Shown: positions 27,872 through 41,000, numbered from the stretch's first letter. The stretch: 64,000 nucleotides of DNA from Kudoa neothunni (GCA_964304625.1 OZ199838.1:13287745-13351744), one strand, 5' to 3'. Notes: a model not told the origin generated them from the letters alone. Numbers and translations are program-made.

Positions 27872-28969
27872 TCATTTAAATTTGATGTGGCTAGAACATG
27901 AATTATCATCCCATTTGAAATGAAAAGTGCCGTTTGGGTAAAACTCTTCTTGTTCTAGTTGTTGTAGGGCGCATTTAGAGTTGGTCTCGTCATAATATTT
28001 ACGATCTAAAAGGAAATAAAAGTAGGCTGGTGCAACAACTACATAAATAACAAAAGCAAGTACTTATTGTTGAGTACAATTTGAAATGATGCTTGGGATA
28101 GTTCACCAATGAATTCAAAAAGGAAAACACATCACGCATCGTTTCATTTAAAAGAAAGTCGGCTTGTACAGTGATTTTATCTGGAAATATAAATCTGAGG
28201 CTGGTTGTAAATGGCAAGGGAAGTTTCTTTGAAGGATTCACAGCCTCACGTTGTTTTGAAGTCATTAATGTTTTTGATAACTCATTTTTTCTTTGGATTT
28301 CTTGATATTGGCTTCTCATATCATCCAAGCTCAATTCAAACACCGAATCATCCACTTCGCATCCTGAACGGGTGTGATTTGACGTTGGATTCTTTTTTCC
28401 AGGAGGAATAATGATTTGATTTCTCGAGTAAAGCTCCTTTATGAAATGACTGAAGTGTGGTTAGACTTTCAAGTTTTTTATGCAAATCTCCCAAGCTACT
28501 GACCTGGAAAACAAGCACATCTTCGGTGTCATCTCGCACAAATCCCAAATACTCCAACAATTTGATCCCAAATTTGAGGGAAATCACTCTTTCTGATAAA
28601 GTTTTGTTTGTGCATCGCAATCGTTGATATTTCAATTCTTCGGGGTTGTTCAAAATATTATTAACAATTTTGTTTAATATCTCTATTGCAGTCAAATACT
28701 GTTCATAAGAATTCAAGGTTTTTGACAAGTTTGACAAACGATAATCCATCATGTATGTTGTTTAGATGGCTTTTAGTATCAGCTTCATTGAAACACTCAT
28801 TCAAATGGGTGTCAAACGATATTGGAACCACCTTTCCAAGGCAAATCCAACATTTTAAATATATTTGGTCTAATTGAGTTGGCTTATTGACATCTGGTTG
28901 ATCTGAGTTGGACGATTTTGGTTGTTCAATCTTATTTTTCTTGAAAATTTCATTAATAATATTTACCAT
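27872..28969 (-). CDS. UBXN6: UBX domain-containing protein 6 (PUB plus UBX, p97/VCP cofactor); two +1 frameshifts and one intron near 28007-28062
   Basis: Collinear with UBXN6: IYLKCWIC, PUB domain KIVNNILNNPEELKYQRLRCTNKTLSERV...LLEYLGF, VDDSVFELSLDDM...LMTSKQRE, UBX domain LRFIFPDKITVQADF...FYPNGTFHFKWD. The three pieces lie in three overlapping frames. Confidence 0.87.
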
Positions 28970-30059
28970 TGTACCGAATCGACAAGGAGAACAACCGCAG
29001 CAGAAAAGGTACTATCCGGATTCTACTCCGAAGTCTGACGAAAAAAAGGATAAATAATATGTGGAAAATTAAAATTTTCATTTAGTTTTAAGAAAATTTT
29101 AATTCTCTTTATCTTAATATTTTTATCAAGAGGGCATATTTCAATTTTACATACAGTAGCGCAGGGTTTTTACTTAGCATGGTTATTGCGCACTTTTAGA
29201 AATAGTGTCGAAAATTTAAAATATACGAATTAACTATAGATATAACTCGTGAGGTAAGAGTAAAATACGTCGATAAGTATAATTGTAGAATTAAGAAATA
29301 ATTTGTTCATTGGGAAAAATAGGAGTGCATGCTTATTTCGCACCTGAAATCTGTTGTTTGATTACATTGGCATGGTTAGTACACAGTAGGAAAATAGGAA
29401 AAATTATCGCTTACTTGAAGAAAACGTGTAGATTATTAAATAAATGGAAAAAGTAGGAATTAAGAGTGGCTCTAAAGCGAACATCGTTAGGCGCTCCGGC
29501 CTTAAATCAGTCACCACAGTGAATACAATTGTATCTATAAAATCGAGAACATTTGTTTACTTTATTTCAACTGATTTAAGATTTTATCGCAAAACTCTTA
29601 TAAAAAAATTCAAACTACTCGATATAAGAATGAATAAATTGATTGAACTTTCGAGAATGAAAAATATAAAGCTGTCCAGAGAGCACAATATAATAGGAAA
29701 ATAAATTAGCCAATGGCATAAAGGACGACATGAAAGACAACACTCCTATAAATGTCGGTCGAGGACAGTTCCATGAGTTTGCTTCGAGAGTTAATCTAAA
29801 AATGAACAAATTAAACAGAAAACCTAAAAGAAATACAGAAATTATTCAAGCTACATCACACCGAAATGCTGGAACACATTACAAAATTAAATTTTTCCTT
29901 TTGAAAAATAAAATAAACTTTGTTTAAAAACAAGAGAAATAACAAAGTTCTCGTTGAAAAAATAATTTTGTCTTAAACTACCTTATTTTCAAAATACTCT
30001 GTGAACAATACAAAAATTATTACGGAAATTTTTCACATCTCCCCATTTAAGTTATTATT

Positions 30060-30472
30060 AGAGCAGTTTTTTCCACCGGTGGACGCGGAAAAATTGTGGT
30101 GGAGCATAAAAAAATTTGTTCCTTTAATGGACGATTTGGTATACGTGGGGGTCCACAGCATATATGTGGCCTGGATAGTGATGAGATAATGATACTGTTT
30201 AGTTCATTTTGAAATCAATACCTCGATTATTTATATCGTTTATTATTAAGTGACTATGAATATCATAAAACAATTGAACTTTATCATTGACCCCTCTCGT
30301 GAGTTGGTCGTTGCCAATCCCTGTTTTACAGCTTAACAAATACGAGAAAGAACGGGCCTTCTTAAATAGTGAAATAATGACACAGGACGGAAAGTGCACA
30401 ATAACCTTTATTTATTGTGCAGATTTATGGGTTGATATGATCAATGTAGAATCAAATTTACTGGAAAAGTAA
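30060..30472 (+). other. Possible 3' exons of an unrecognised gene, convergent with Derlin-1
   Basis: Exon-like GC-richer blocks separated by two short intron-like segments (GTATAC...TTTAG about 30139-30202; GTGAGT...TACAG about 30299-30331). The last block ends LNKYEKERAF...NLLEK*. The middle block does not read through in a single frame. Confidence 0.3.
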
Positions 30473-30661
30473 GCATACAAAACCGGGACAAAATTGCTCC
30501 TAACATAAATACTAAAAAACTAAAATATAATGAGCTATTTGACAAGAAAATGCATTAGTTTAGAGCGAGTTAAAAATAAACATTAATTTAAAGATTATGA
30601 AAACCACATTGAATATGACAGCTAAAATATCAAGTCTACGAAGAAGGTGAAAACGATGGTA

Positions 30662-31796
30662 TTAATCAGCAAGACGTCTTCCGGAGCCCCATGAATGTCC
30701 TCGAGTATTGGAGGTGCCGGCTGTTTGCTGGTTTCTTGCATTGAAAGCATTAAAAGTTGCCTGAGTGGGTCTATTTTCAATAACGTTTGGAAAAACTTTT
30801 TTTCTTAAGAAATGGCGAACAAATGCAACAGAAATTCAAATAAAATCTTACATCCAATTCGGAGTGACTATAAATTCTCGTCCTCCAAATTCGACGGGAT
30901 ATTTGTAGGTAAGGAAAAAATAAATATGACCGACAACTATACCAATAAGTGTGGTCAATCCTCTTGAATTAATAAGTTTAAATCAAATAAAAACGGTGTT
31001 CAATACCCGAAAAATAGTATGAACTCCATGGCAAAAATAAGATACGGTAAATACATAGCCTAAAATCAAGTCAAAGACGATAAGAACTTAAAAATGAGGA
31101 TGTAATGTATTGCCTTTATCCGTAATCCAAACAGAAAAGTCACATCAGTGTCAGCATTTAGCTGGGCCCAAATGTACAGAATAGACATCACCAGAGATTC
31201 CCATATGAACTATTCATCATATTAAAATTTGATAATTTGAAACACATATCAACCTCAATCGGCACTATAAACAACGATATCACCTAATAATATCAATTTT
31301 CAAAATTTATTTCTCAAATTCATCTTTACCCAAAGCAAAGAAGAGCAAATCAGAAGTAGATAGAAATAATCTCCTTCTCTTTCCGAATAATCCCCTATAT
31401 ATGGGAAAACAAATTATTGCAATTATCAGTCCTAATAATGTGTGTGGGTACCTTTTTGAAGTGAGCCAGATATAGTATATAAAAAATACATTGTGATAAG
31501 GAACGAATAACCGCCACCACCTCTTGGTGTCAAAGGAAAAGTGATAGCGCTCGTAAAAAATCTCCACACCTAATAATTCCAAAAAATCAATCAAATCTCT
31601 TAAGAACAGTAGCAACTTGAAAGTTTTGAACAGCATTCTCATAGGTTAAAGCGAAATAGTTGTAAAAATTGGGATTAAATCTCCCCGAAAGCGTGAATAT
31701 TAATGAAAGTATAAACCAATATTTGGTTATCCTTGGCATGGAATGGACAAAATTTTCCATCACACTTGAACCATTGTTACCACCAGTTGCTGACAT
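30662..31796 (-). CDS. DERL1: Derlin-1 (ERAD rhomboid pseudoprotease), 8 exons, one GC-AG intron
   Basis: Spliced translation MPRITKYWF...FQVWRFFTS...YIWAQLNADTDVTFLFGLRIKAMYLPY...LIGIVVGHIYFFLTYKYPVEFGG..., ending in the SHP box GHSWGSGRRLAD*. Confidence 0.93.
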
Positions 31797-32512
31797 TTTG
31801 ATTGTGCTTGCGCATTCATGAAAAGATTACAGTAATCATGCGATTTCCATTAACGTCGCAGCTTCTACAGACGAATGATACTAAAAAATAGATTAACAAA
31901 ATAAAATTTAAGTATTGGAATGTATATGATAAACATATTATATTTAATGTGGCTCGATTAAACACTACCAAATACATTCTGTTATATGTTTCCAGCGGTA
32001 ATCTATTTTACATTCTCCCAAAGGATAAAATTTTGAAATAATGATTTGTTTGATACTGGAACTAAAGTTGATTTAATATCGATATCACCTCTATTTAGGG
32101 ATATAAATATTTAATTCGATATTGCGGCTATTAGTACGTGAATTTAGTCCTACCTCTTTCTTGCTGACTGTTACCATATGACAATATTTAATTGGTTGGA
32201 GCCCTTAATTAAATTTTTTTTAAATTTTCGCAAAAGCTTTTAGCTTTATAAACCTTAAACATTCCGTTGTTTTTAAATATATATTCTTATTATATGATTT
32301 TCAGGCATGAAAGGGTTAATTTAAGTAGATAATATTTAGTTAGAGGTAGATAGGGTGCCGTATTTATTTGTAAAAAAGTGGAATACAATAGAATAGATTA
32401 GGAAAATGTGGACTATATTAATGAATCGATACCATTTTGTGTCCATTTAATTTAAAAAATATTAGATTTAATAATAAATTGGCAATTAAAATTTAGTTCG
32501 AATTATTTAGAC

Positions 32513-32901
32513 CAGGGTTTATCAACCATTTTTTTAATTTACCCGCTCGACCTAGTGAAACATCCAAGTTTGCCCGCTTAAATTGGTAGTCAAATTCAGA
32601 CCTAGTTCAAGGTTGTATACTTATTTAAGTATTATTAGGCTATATCTCCAAAAGATAAACGAGGCATAAAAGAAAGACTGATAATAGTGTTGTACATAAT
32701 TGTTAAATATTTATTCCTAAAAACATTTTAAGGATTTCAGCCAACATCCAAATTGAGTAAATTAGCCGGAATAATATAATTCCATAAAAAAATCCTTAAA
32801 TACGTAACGAACCATATTTTGAAAAAATTGCCCATATCCGATTTTGAAGTCGCCTAATTTACCCCTGTTATTTAAAATTTATTCCTGATTTAGAACTCCT
32901 G
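32513..32901 (-). mobile_element. hAT MITE copy 3 (internally deleted)
   Basis: Degenerate TIRs CAGGGTTTATCAACC / TTAGAACTCCTG. TSD ATTTAGAC / ATTTTGAC (7 of 8 match). Shares CTCGACCTAGTGAAA with copy 1. Confidence 0.8.
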
Positions 32902-34199
32902 ATTTTGACGAAAATCACTCGAATCCTTATATAATTAAATTCTCAACTTATATACGTGTAAATTATTATATAGATATTGTTATTATTAAGTATTGAAAGT
33001 TTTCAGTATTTGCTGTTGTTAGAAAAAGAGTGGTACAGTAAACTTCCAACTATCCGAAGTTACACATCTGCGAATTCCATATGGACTGAATTTTTTAATT
33101 TATGAATTAAAAATAGGTAATAAATAAAATTATATGTGAAATCCTGCCGACGACCAAGTACAAGCAATTATGATCTAAAAACAACAGAACCTAAATAAAA
33201 CGACATTTATGCACTTATTTTATTTTCAAATATCATGTACATTATTATTTTTAAATGAGTTTATTACCTTTGTGAGATTGTTAACTTCAATTAAAGTATA
33301 ATTTTGAAAAATGAAATTCCTAAAAAAATTATCTTACAAAAATTTAATAGAATATTTTTGTAAAAAGCATATTATATATTTAGGTTATTGGAAAATATAA
33401 TAGAAAAAAATTTATAAACTAATAATAATACTTATGCAGCGTATTTTACGATGTTTAAAATAACCGAAATCGTCTACAAAATGTTACACTATATAAATGT
33501 AAGAAATTAGTCTCTTACACATTCTACATTTAATAAACTAATTAAATTATATAATATATCCAATTCATTTAATTTCATAATTCAAATATTTGTAGATGGA
33601 ATAATAACTCTTCGGATATTTTATATTTTTTTACAACTCACTTTCTTTTGGATGAGTTTAAATTGTGGTATAGATGAATTATGCGCAATAATAATTATTA
33701 GATAGTGGGAAAATTTCAATAAATAGTAAATTTTAAAAACAATTTCTAGTTTAAACAATGATGGTTAAATTGGATGCGCGAGTGTCACAATGAAGTGGAT
33801 TTTTGTTGATTGCCTTTAAAACAAGCGATAATCTCTTTGCATTATGATTTGATTCAATAGTTTAATGTTATTTGTTATCTTTCCGAATATTTTTCAATTT
33901 TATTGTTAAATAATACAAGAGGTAAAATAATTTGATGTACAGTATTTCAACATCAACTTGTAACCGACTCACGCAGTAGAGTAAAATGTCTGGCACCCTG
34001 CTTAAGTGAGGTTAAAAATTTCAATTATTTTGATGATCATTTATCAAAAAATATTATTCTTTGATATAAAGAAGAATCACATTTGATTTAGAATCCCCGT
34101 TAAAATTTCCGTTTTTAGTGATCAATAATTAATACGTTGGTGTGTCTACCGCCATTTATATTACTGCATTAGATAGATTAAGCCGACAAAGTATACTAT

Positions 34200-35330
34200 T
34201 TAAAGCTTAGCGACCGCTCATCGTTAAGTCTGCCGTGAATGATTTCCCGAGAAGGTCTTTTGATAATATTTTTATCCACAAGAATAACTCCATCCATTAC
34301 CTCATCGCCATTGATATATTTAAAGCATCAAATAACTGTATTAAGTGTCATGGTACCCATCATTTTATATATCGAAAAAATTGGCGATGCTGTTCGAAAT
34401 TGTGTAGAAAAGACACTTCCATTTTTGATTCGACGTTTTTCAGTAATATGAAAACTAAACTACATGATTTTTTGGAATTACCATATTAATGGTTGGTGGG
34501 AGTAAAAACCGTTAACCTGGGCACAATTACCGGACATTCGTCTCAAATAGTAACTAACTATTGTTATTATCTTCACCAGTTGGTAGCGGATAGTTTAGAC
34601 TTTGAAGACATAGTTATTGGAGGAGAGAACATAGTTGTAGAGATCGATAAGTCCAAACTTGGCGAGGCGGAGCCTAACAGATGGCACGGCGTTAATGGTG
34701 TTGATATCTCGCGAGGATAGAAACCCAATATAGTAAATAAAAATGTAACTTAAGTAGAAGAGATAGTGAACGTATTAGTAGAATAGTAGTTAGAATAACG
34801 AGAACTAATTAATGTTTATGGGAATCAGCACACCCAGCTGATTGGGTGTGATAATATAGGTCCATACTAATAGTGTCCTTTAGGATCATAACAAATGAGG
34901 CCTGGGTTCTTTGAGGTGTAGAAAGAACACCAAAACGAAAGATGTTTTTGGTAAGGGTTCCTAACAGAACCACTAAGACTCTTACCAAAAAAAGCAAGAC
35001 TTACGTCCATCCTGGCTCTATTATTATAACTTATTGTTTCACAAGTTATGAGGCATTACACAATTTCTACACTCACCTCATTGTGAATCACAGTATAGAA
35101 TATGTGGATAATACCACAGGAGCTCATACAAATACCATTGAAAATACTTGGGGTGCTATCAAATATAAAATATCACCAAGAAATAGGACATCTTCGGTTA
35201 ATGAAGATGGTTCTGTCAATATGGATGGTATCAACGAATTTCTCGGTGAATTTAAATGGAGAAGGAAAAAAATCACGATTTATGTGATGGCTTTATATCC
35301 TCGTTAAAACAAATTTCAGTTTTCTATCAC
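34200..35330 (+). mobile_element. Merlin / ISXO2-like (IS1595 family) transposase pseudogene
   Basis: Cys-rich N-terminus, IGGENIVVEIDKSKL, AWVL*GVER, VHPGSIIIT, HLIVNHSIEYVD and GAHTNTIENTW. Confidence 0.92.
34699..34893. mobile_element. Putative solo LTR (195 bp) inserted into the Merlin transposase
   Basis: TGTTGATATC...GATCATAACA termini (TG...CA with a short inverted repeat). 5-bp TSD AATGG / AATGA. Removing it restores the Merlin peptide HGVN[G/E]AWVL. Confidence 0.72.
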
Positions 35331-36096
35331 TTAGATTTGTATTTTGTTATGTTTTTTATAGTTGTATATATCTGTCGCATTAATACTTTGTTAAATGAGG
35401 ATTGAGGGTTTATATCAAAGTTCAGCCTTTGAATTACTTATTATTCAAAATGTATATTTTCGGATTGAAACGAACGTTTAAAAGTTTAATTAAAACTCAC
35501 ATTGATAAAATTTTGATTTTATCAATGTAAAAAAAATTATATTCACCACTTGATGATATAATTTAAAATCATTCTATACAAATGAGTTTTTTCAACATTA
35601 ATACTAATAATAGAAACAATGGAATTGTTACATCCCAAAATATCTGATTATAGTAGAAGAAAACATGTGATTCTAAATCATATGTCGGCGCGAAATGAAT
35701 ACCTAAGGGAATAACACAAGCCTCAATAATATTATTGCTGAAAATACTTTCTTCAACATTGGAGTTTCAATTAACAGTTTTGAAGAACATAAATTGAAAA
35801 TGGAGGAGTTCGAATTAAATGGCCTGAGCAGTTTATCCATATTAGATTCTAAAACCATTGAAACTGCAAAGAAGCGATGTGATAGAATATTAAATCTAGC
35901 TCTTCAATATTACCAAAGAAAATATTGTTGTATTAATGGTTGAAAAAATGTTAATTTTTCAAAAACTTAATATATGTATGAATATTTATAGTAATATTGT
36001 CTATTACTTAAGAGAAAGCGATCTTCTGGCCAAAGAAATTCAAATTCTTATTTTAAAGGATGCCCTATGTTTTATAAATTTTTAATAGATACTGAT

Positions 36097-36590
36097 CAGC
36101 TTTACAAACCTAAATCGAACAAATCAGAATTTTTTGTAAAAAAACCTAATATTTAATTATATGTATCAATATCACGATAATTTATAATTAACTCAGAAAT
36201 TTCAAAGTTATGCTATCATTTGATCGATATGTTGAAAAATTTCCTCAATCGAAAAAAGATCATCTAATGTAAAGCATAGTATTCTATTTCATCAGATTTT
36301 TTCGACATTTCCAGAAAAATAAAATTCTCTTTCCGTAAAAATGTTAATCAAAGTTAGATAAAGTAAAGATATGCTATATTTTCTGATGGAATTAAAAATA
36401 TTTTGCCGACAAACAATGCTCAAAAAGGCGATTATTGATAATTTAATTAATCAAACTGTGTTTTTGAGCCAGTTCAATTCCTTTAATTTCAAACAATTTT
36501 ATTGCAGTTTTTAGTTTGATCTTTGAATAAAACGTAGCAAGTATACCCAGATGAGGTTTTATTTTTATGTACGACCATTCTTTCATTAAT
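36097..36590 (-). mobile_element. hAT element end with a transposase C-terminal remnant (diverged copy of 59242-59740)
   Basis: Aligns by eye over about 480 bp with 59242-59740, including the terminus. Confidence 0.75.
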
Positions 36591-36649
36591 TAAAAAAAAA
36601 CCAACTAAAGTTGAAGTTGATTTTATTTTTTAACTTTTAGAAGTTAACG

Positions 36650-37400
36650 GAAATTCAAAGGTTATCCAAGTTAAGTCGTTTCAAGAAAAAGGAAAGTTTA
36701 TTTCTCTAACAAATTTAACCAGCATGAAATATTAAATGTAATTCCACTCAAAGGATGTAGAATTTTTACAAACTCTAAAAAAGAAACAAGGGACATGTAT
36801 AGAAATATTGGAAAACGGAGAAAACTTTCAGTTTATTTTTTAAAGATTCGAGCATGAAAAAATCCTTCACGCATATCTAGAAATTATTTTTATCGATGTT
36901 ACCTACAAGCTACTAGATTCAAAGCTCCTGTATATTTTGTTACAATTATAGACCCTAAGGGAACAACTGAGAAAGTGGCGACCGAAATACTTGTAGAAGA
37001 AATCGAAAAAGTTTTCTATTGCCTTATTAAAACAATAAAAAAACAAAACTTAATAATGGAAACTAACATAAAATTCTTTCTTACAGATAAAGACATAGTT
37101 GAACGAAAAGTCATAAAACAAATTTTTCCAACCGCAGATTTGCAAATATGTTTGTATCACGTTCTAAAATATCTCAGTCTTGTTTTAATGTTTCAAATTA
37201 AACGAAACATTAGCCACGGGAACAATTCTTTGATGCATAATATAAAAATTTCAAGTCCAGCATTTTTTAAATTAAATTACAAATAAGTAGATATATATCC
37301 AGAATTGGAAAAAAATATTTTAATTATGGATTAAAGTTAAATAATGGATGATCATATAATACCATATTTATTGAAAACGTAATATTTCATCCAATATCGT
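36650..37400 (+). mobile_element. MULE-like transposase remnant
   Basis: EIIFIDVTYKLL, FFLTDKDIVERKVIKQIFPTADLQICLYHVLK, the MULE D..D..CxxH signature. Confidence 0.8.
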
Positions 37401-38015
37401 CAAAGTTACACTTTAACCTTACACGCATATCAAAAACGACTATACACCAAGCAGTTTTGGGGTCCAAGAGGACCCCAGATTTTTTATTGTTTATTTTGAT
37501 ACATAATATTGTGAAATACAATTATATTACTTAAAAAAGTTTTTTACCAGCACGATAACAAAATAATCATAATTTTCATGCGACCCGACGACAGTCGAAG
37601 TTAGCCGACCATTTATTAATTTATTTCAAGTATTTAAACATTAATAAAATTATTTTTAAATATACTCTATGATTTTTTACAATGTTATCTAGATACTTAA
37701 AGAATAGTAGAACTTAGAAAAATTGTGATAATATCTTAAAATACATATGTTCTCTTGTAGCAACAAGATTCTGATTTTACCAATTCTTATAATTTTTAAT
37801 GAGATTTTTTTAAAATAATAGAAAGTAAAATATTACATAGTTGTTGTTAATAAAAAAATTAGGAAAATAGATCGTTACGAGCTCACCTATGAGCCAATCA
37901 TTCATTACAAAATATATATATTAATAATTAATTATTTGATAATTAATATGATCCTCAATTAAGCGAAAAATAAATCAAAACTAATAAGGAAGTGTATAAT
38001 ATAGAACAGAATATA

Positions 38016-41000
38016 CAGTGACTTATGGGTCGTGCGCAATTATGGGTCATACGTAATATCGCAATAAAACATAAATTAATAATCTTTTGGTAATATAATT
38101 TTGACTATGTAAACTTTATTACAAAATGAACGTATTATACAAATTAAACTTTAGACAACTTAAAATATCAATAGTTTTTATGCATTTTATGTGCCATGCG
38201 CAATTTTGGCTTGGGCGTCGGTAGCTAACAAAAAAAATTCCTAACCCTAACGAAAAAGTAGAAATTGTCAAACACTACGAAAAGATATCGAATAAACCAA
38301 ACGCCAAATCGGAATCAATGAAGGCCTTCGACGTAAAAGCAAGATATTACTTGAATATTATCCTAAACAATAAAGACAAGTTGCTTAAGCATTATAACGA
38401 CAGTTCTGTTTCCGAATTAAGAAAAACCCTTAAGAAAGTAGAATATATAGATATCGATCATCAAGTGAAAGACTGGATAGAGCTCATGAGAGCGAAAAAT
38501 ATAGAATTTTCTCAAGAAGTTATCATCAATAAAGCCAATGAATTCCTTGGTGATGCCTCAAAGGAAACACCTTTGTCTACTGGCTGATTTTATGGCTTTA
38601 TAAAAAGATTTAATATCTCTCGTAATACATTTTTCGGCGAATCTAAATGTGTAAACAATATTGTCATCGAGGAATGGAAAACCAAGGTGGGCGAAATCCC
38701 TAAGAGCTGGGAGCCTAAGGATATTTTCAATACAGACGAAACAGGCTTGTATTATCAGCAACGAAAAAGTTATTAATATTTTTATGTGTTATATATCTTG
38801 TGTGGGTAGAGGATATGTATTCGCTAACGAGGTAAATAAAAATGGGTGCAAACAATAAAAAAAAAGAATAACTGCCTTATTTACCTGCTCTATGCTTGGA
38901 GAAAAATTAGACCCATTAATAGTAGGTAAGTTTTCAAAGCTCCGTTGTTTTGGATCAATTAAAAAGCCGCCGTTGGATTATGAAGCAAACACTAACGCTT
39001 GGATGACAGAGAAAATATTTTCCCAGTTCCTCATTGGGTGGAACAACAAATTAATTATGTCAACAAGAAAAATTTTGCTTTTTCTTGACAACTGCCCCTC
39101 ACACCCTAATTTGAACCTTTCCAATATTACTTTATGTTTCTTCCCACCCAATGCTACTAGCGTTTTGCAGCCTCTTGACCAAGGGATAATCAACAATGTT
39201 AAAGTAATTTATAAGAAACATTTAATGGAGTCTCTTATACAGAGCGTGGAGGCTGTATCGACAAAATGCGAATTACCCAAAATTTTGGAAGCGATGTTTC
39301 TGTTGAAGAATTCATGGGATCATGTAAAAACCGAGACAATTGTAAATTGTTTTAAGAAGTCATTTTTTTCCATGCCAAAAAGAATTAGAAACTTTCACAG
39401 CAAATGAAAATCTAACCATCGAATTAACACTTGTACTTACACTCTGGGTCCAATGGACCCAGAGCATGGTTGTTGTTTATATTATGGCTCTCTCAATAGA
39501 GTCAGAAAGTCAAAATTTAGTGTAGCTTCCTAAATATTTAGGTTGTATTTTTATTTATATTTATATGATCTAATAATGTTTAAGTGGTTTGTTATTTAAT
39601 CGAAAAAAAGTTACACCCTCTTATGTACAAACTGGGTCCAATGGACCCAGTAGAATAACTTGACAATTAACGTTTTTATACAAATAAAAACCAATACAAA
39701 CAATAAAAAAACAAAATATATTTAATGGAGAAATCTGAAAATCCAGATTTGACGGTAACAAAATAAAATATCCCTAAGTAATTGCACCTTTGTTTGTTTC
39801 GAGCCATGTTTAAAAATTATAGGTTGTTGCATACTTTACAATAACTTATAAAATTTTTAAGTATAATATTAATTTATTATAAATAAAATTATGGTTTTCT
39901 ACGCTAAAATATCTAGGAATAGTTATTACCAAGGATAGTAACAAATTAATCTTTTATCGCCCTCGTGTCGCTGCTAATCCGTGGAGAATGTTAACCCTTG
40001 ATGATGCAATAAAAATGATTATGGAAAACTCAGAAGATTCTAACGTGGATGAGAATTTTTCTTCTGATGAAGAAATAGACAACGTTATAGAAGAACCAGT
40101 TTCAAGCTATTCGGAGAATATTTCTGATACTGAACAATCTCAAGAGGAAACTCAATTTTCAAGAGACAAATTTATTAAATGAAAGTCACAAATACCAACT
40201 AAGGTGGTTAGAACACTTAACTACAATATTGTACCAAATTATAGATCTAGAATCCCAAACGAAGTTAGGGAAAAAATATTTTCACCATTGACTTCATTCA
40301 TAAGTTTTATTGGAGATGATATTATTTTAAAAATAATAACTTCGACAGACACATTTATGGAAAAGAGAAACAATAAAATAAAACTTAACGATTCTGATGT
40401 TTGGAAATGGATAGGTGATAATTTATATTTTGGAATAATATCATATCGGAGATATAGAATTATCTCTGAAAATATTCGTTTCGATAACCGCGTAGAGCGT
40501 GACCTTCAGAGAAAAGACACACCAATTAGTTTTGTATGGGATTTATTTATAAATAATTGCCAAAATAACTACATACTATCAGAGCAATTAACAGTGGATG
40601 AACAGCTTTGCACAACAAGGGGTCGTGTGAATTTTAAAACTTATATACCGGGTAAACCCGGAAAATATGGCATCAAAATTTGGGTTTTGGCGGGTGCTAT
40701 AAATGCTTACTTGTGTAATGCCCAAATTTATACAGGAAGATCATAAAATGGTCTGAGGGTAAATCAGGGGGAACGAGTTGTCGGAGAACTCGCAAACCTT
40801 TACCTAGATAAAGGTAGAACTATAACAACTGACAATTTTTTCACCAGTTTAAACCTGGCAAAATATTTTAGAGGCCGTAAGACAGCCCTAGTTGGAACTG
40901 TGAGAAAGTCACGTAAATTTTTACCTACGTGCTTTCAACAGAATAAAAAAGAAGTTGGATCTCAGTTTCTTTTTCATGATAAAATCACTCTTGTTAAGTT

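Noticed and set aside
38240-38251. Telomere-like CCTAACCCTAAC
   Set aside because: Only about two units, lying inside Tigger coding sequence.
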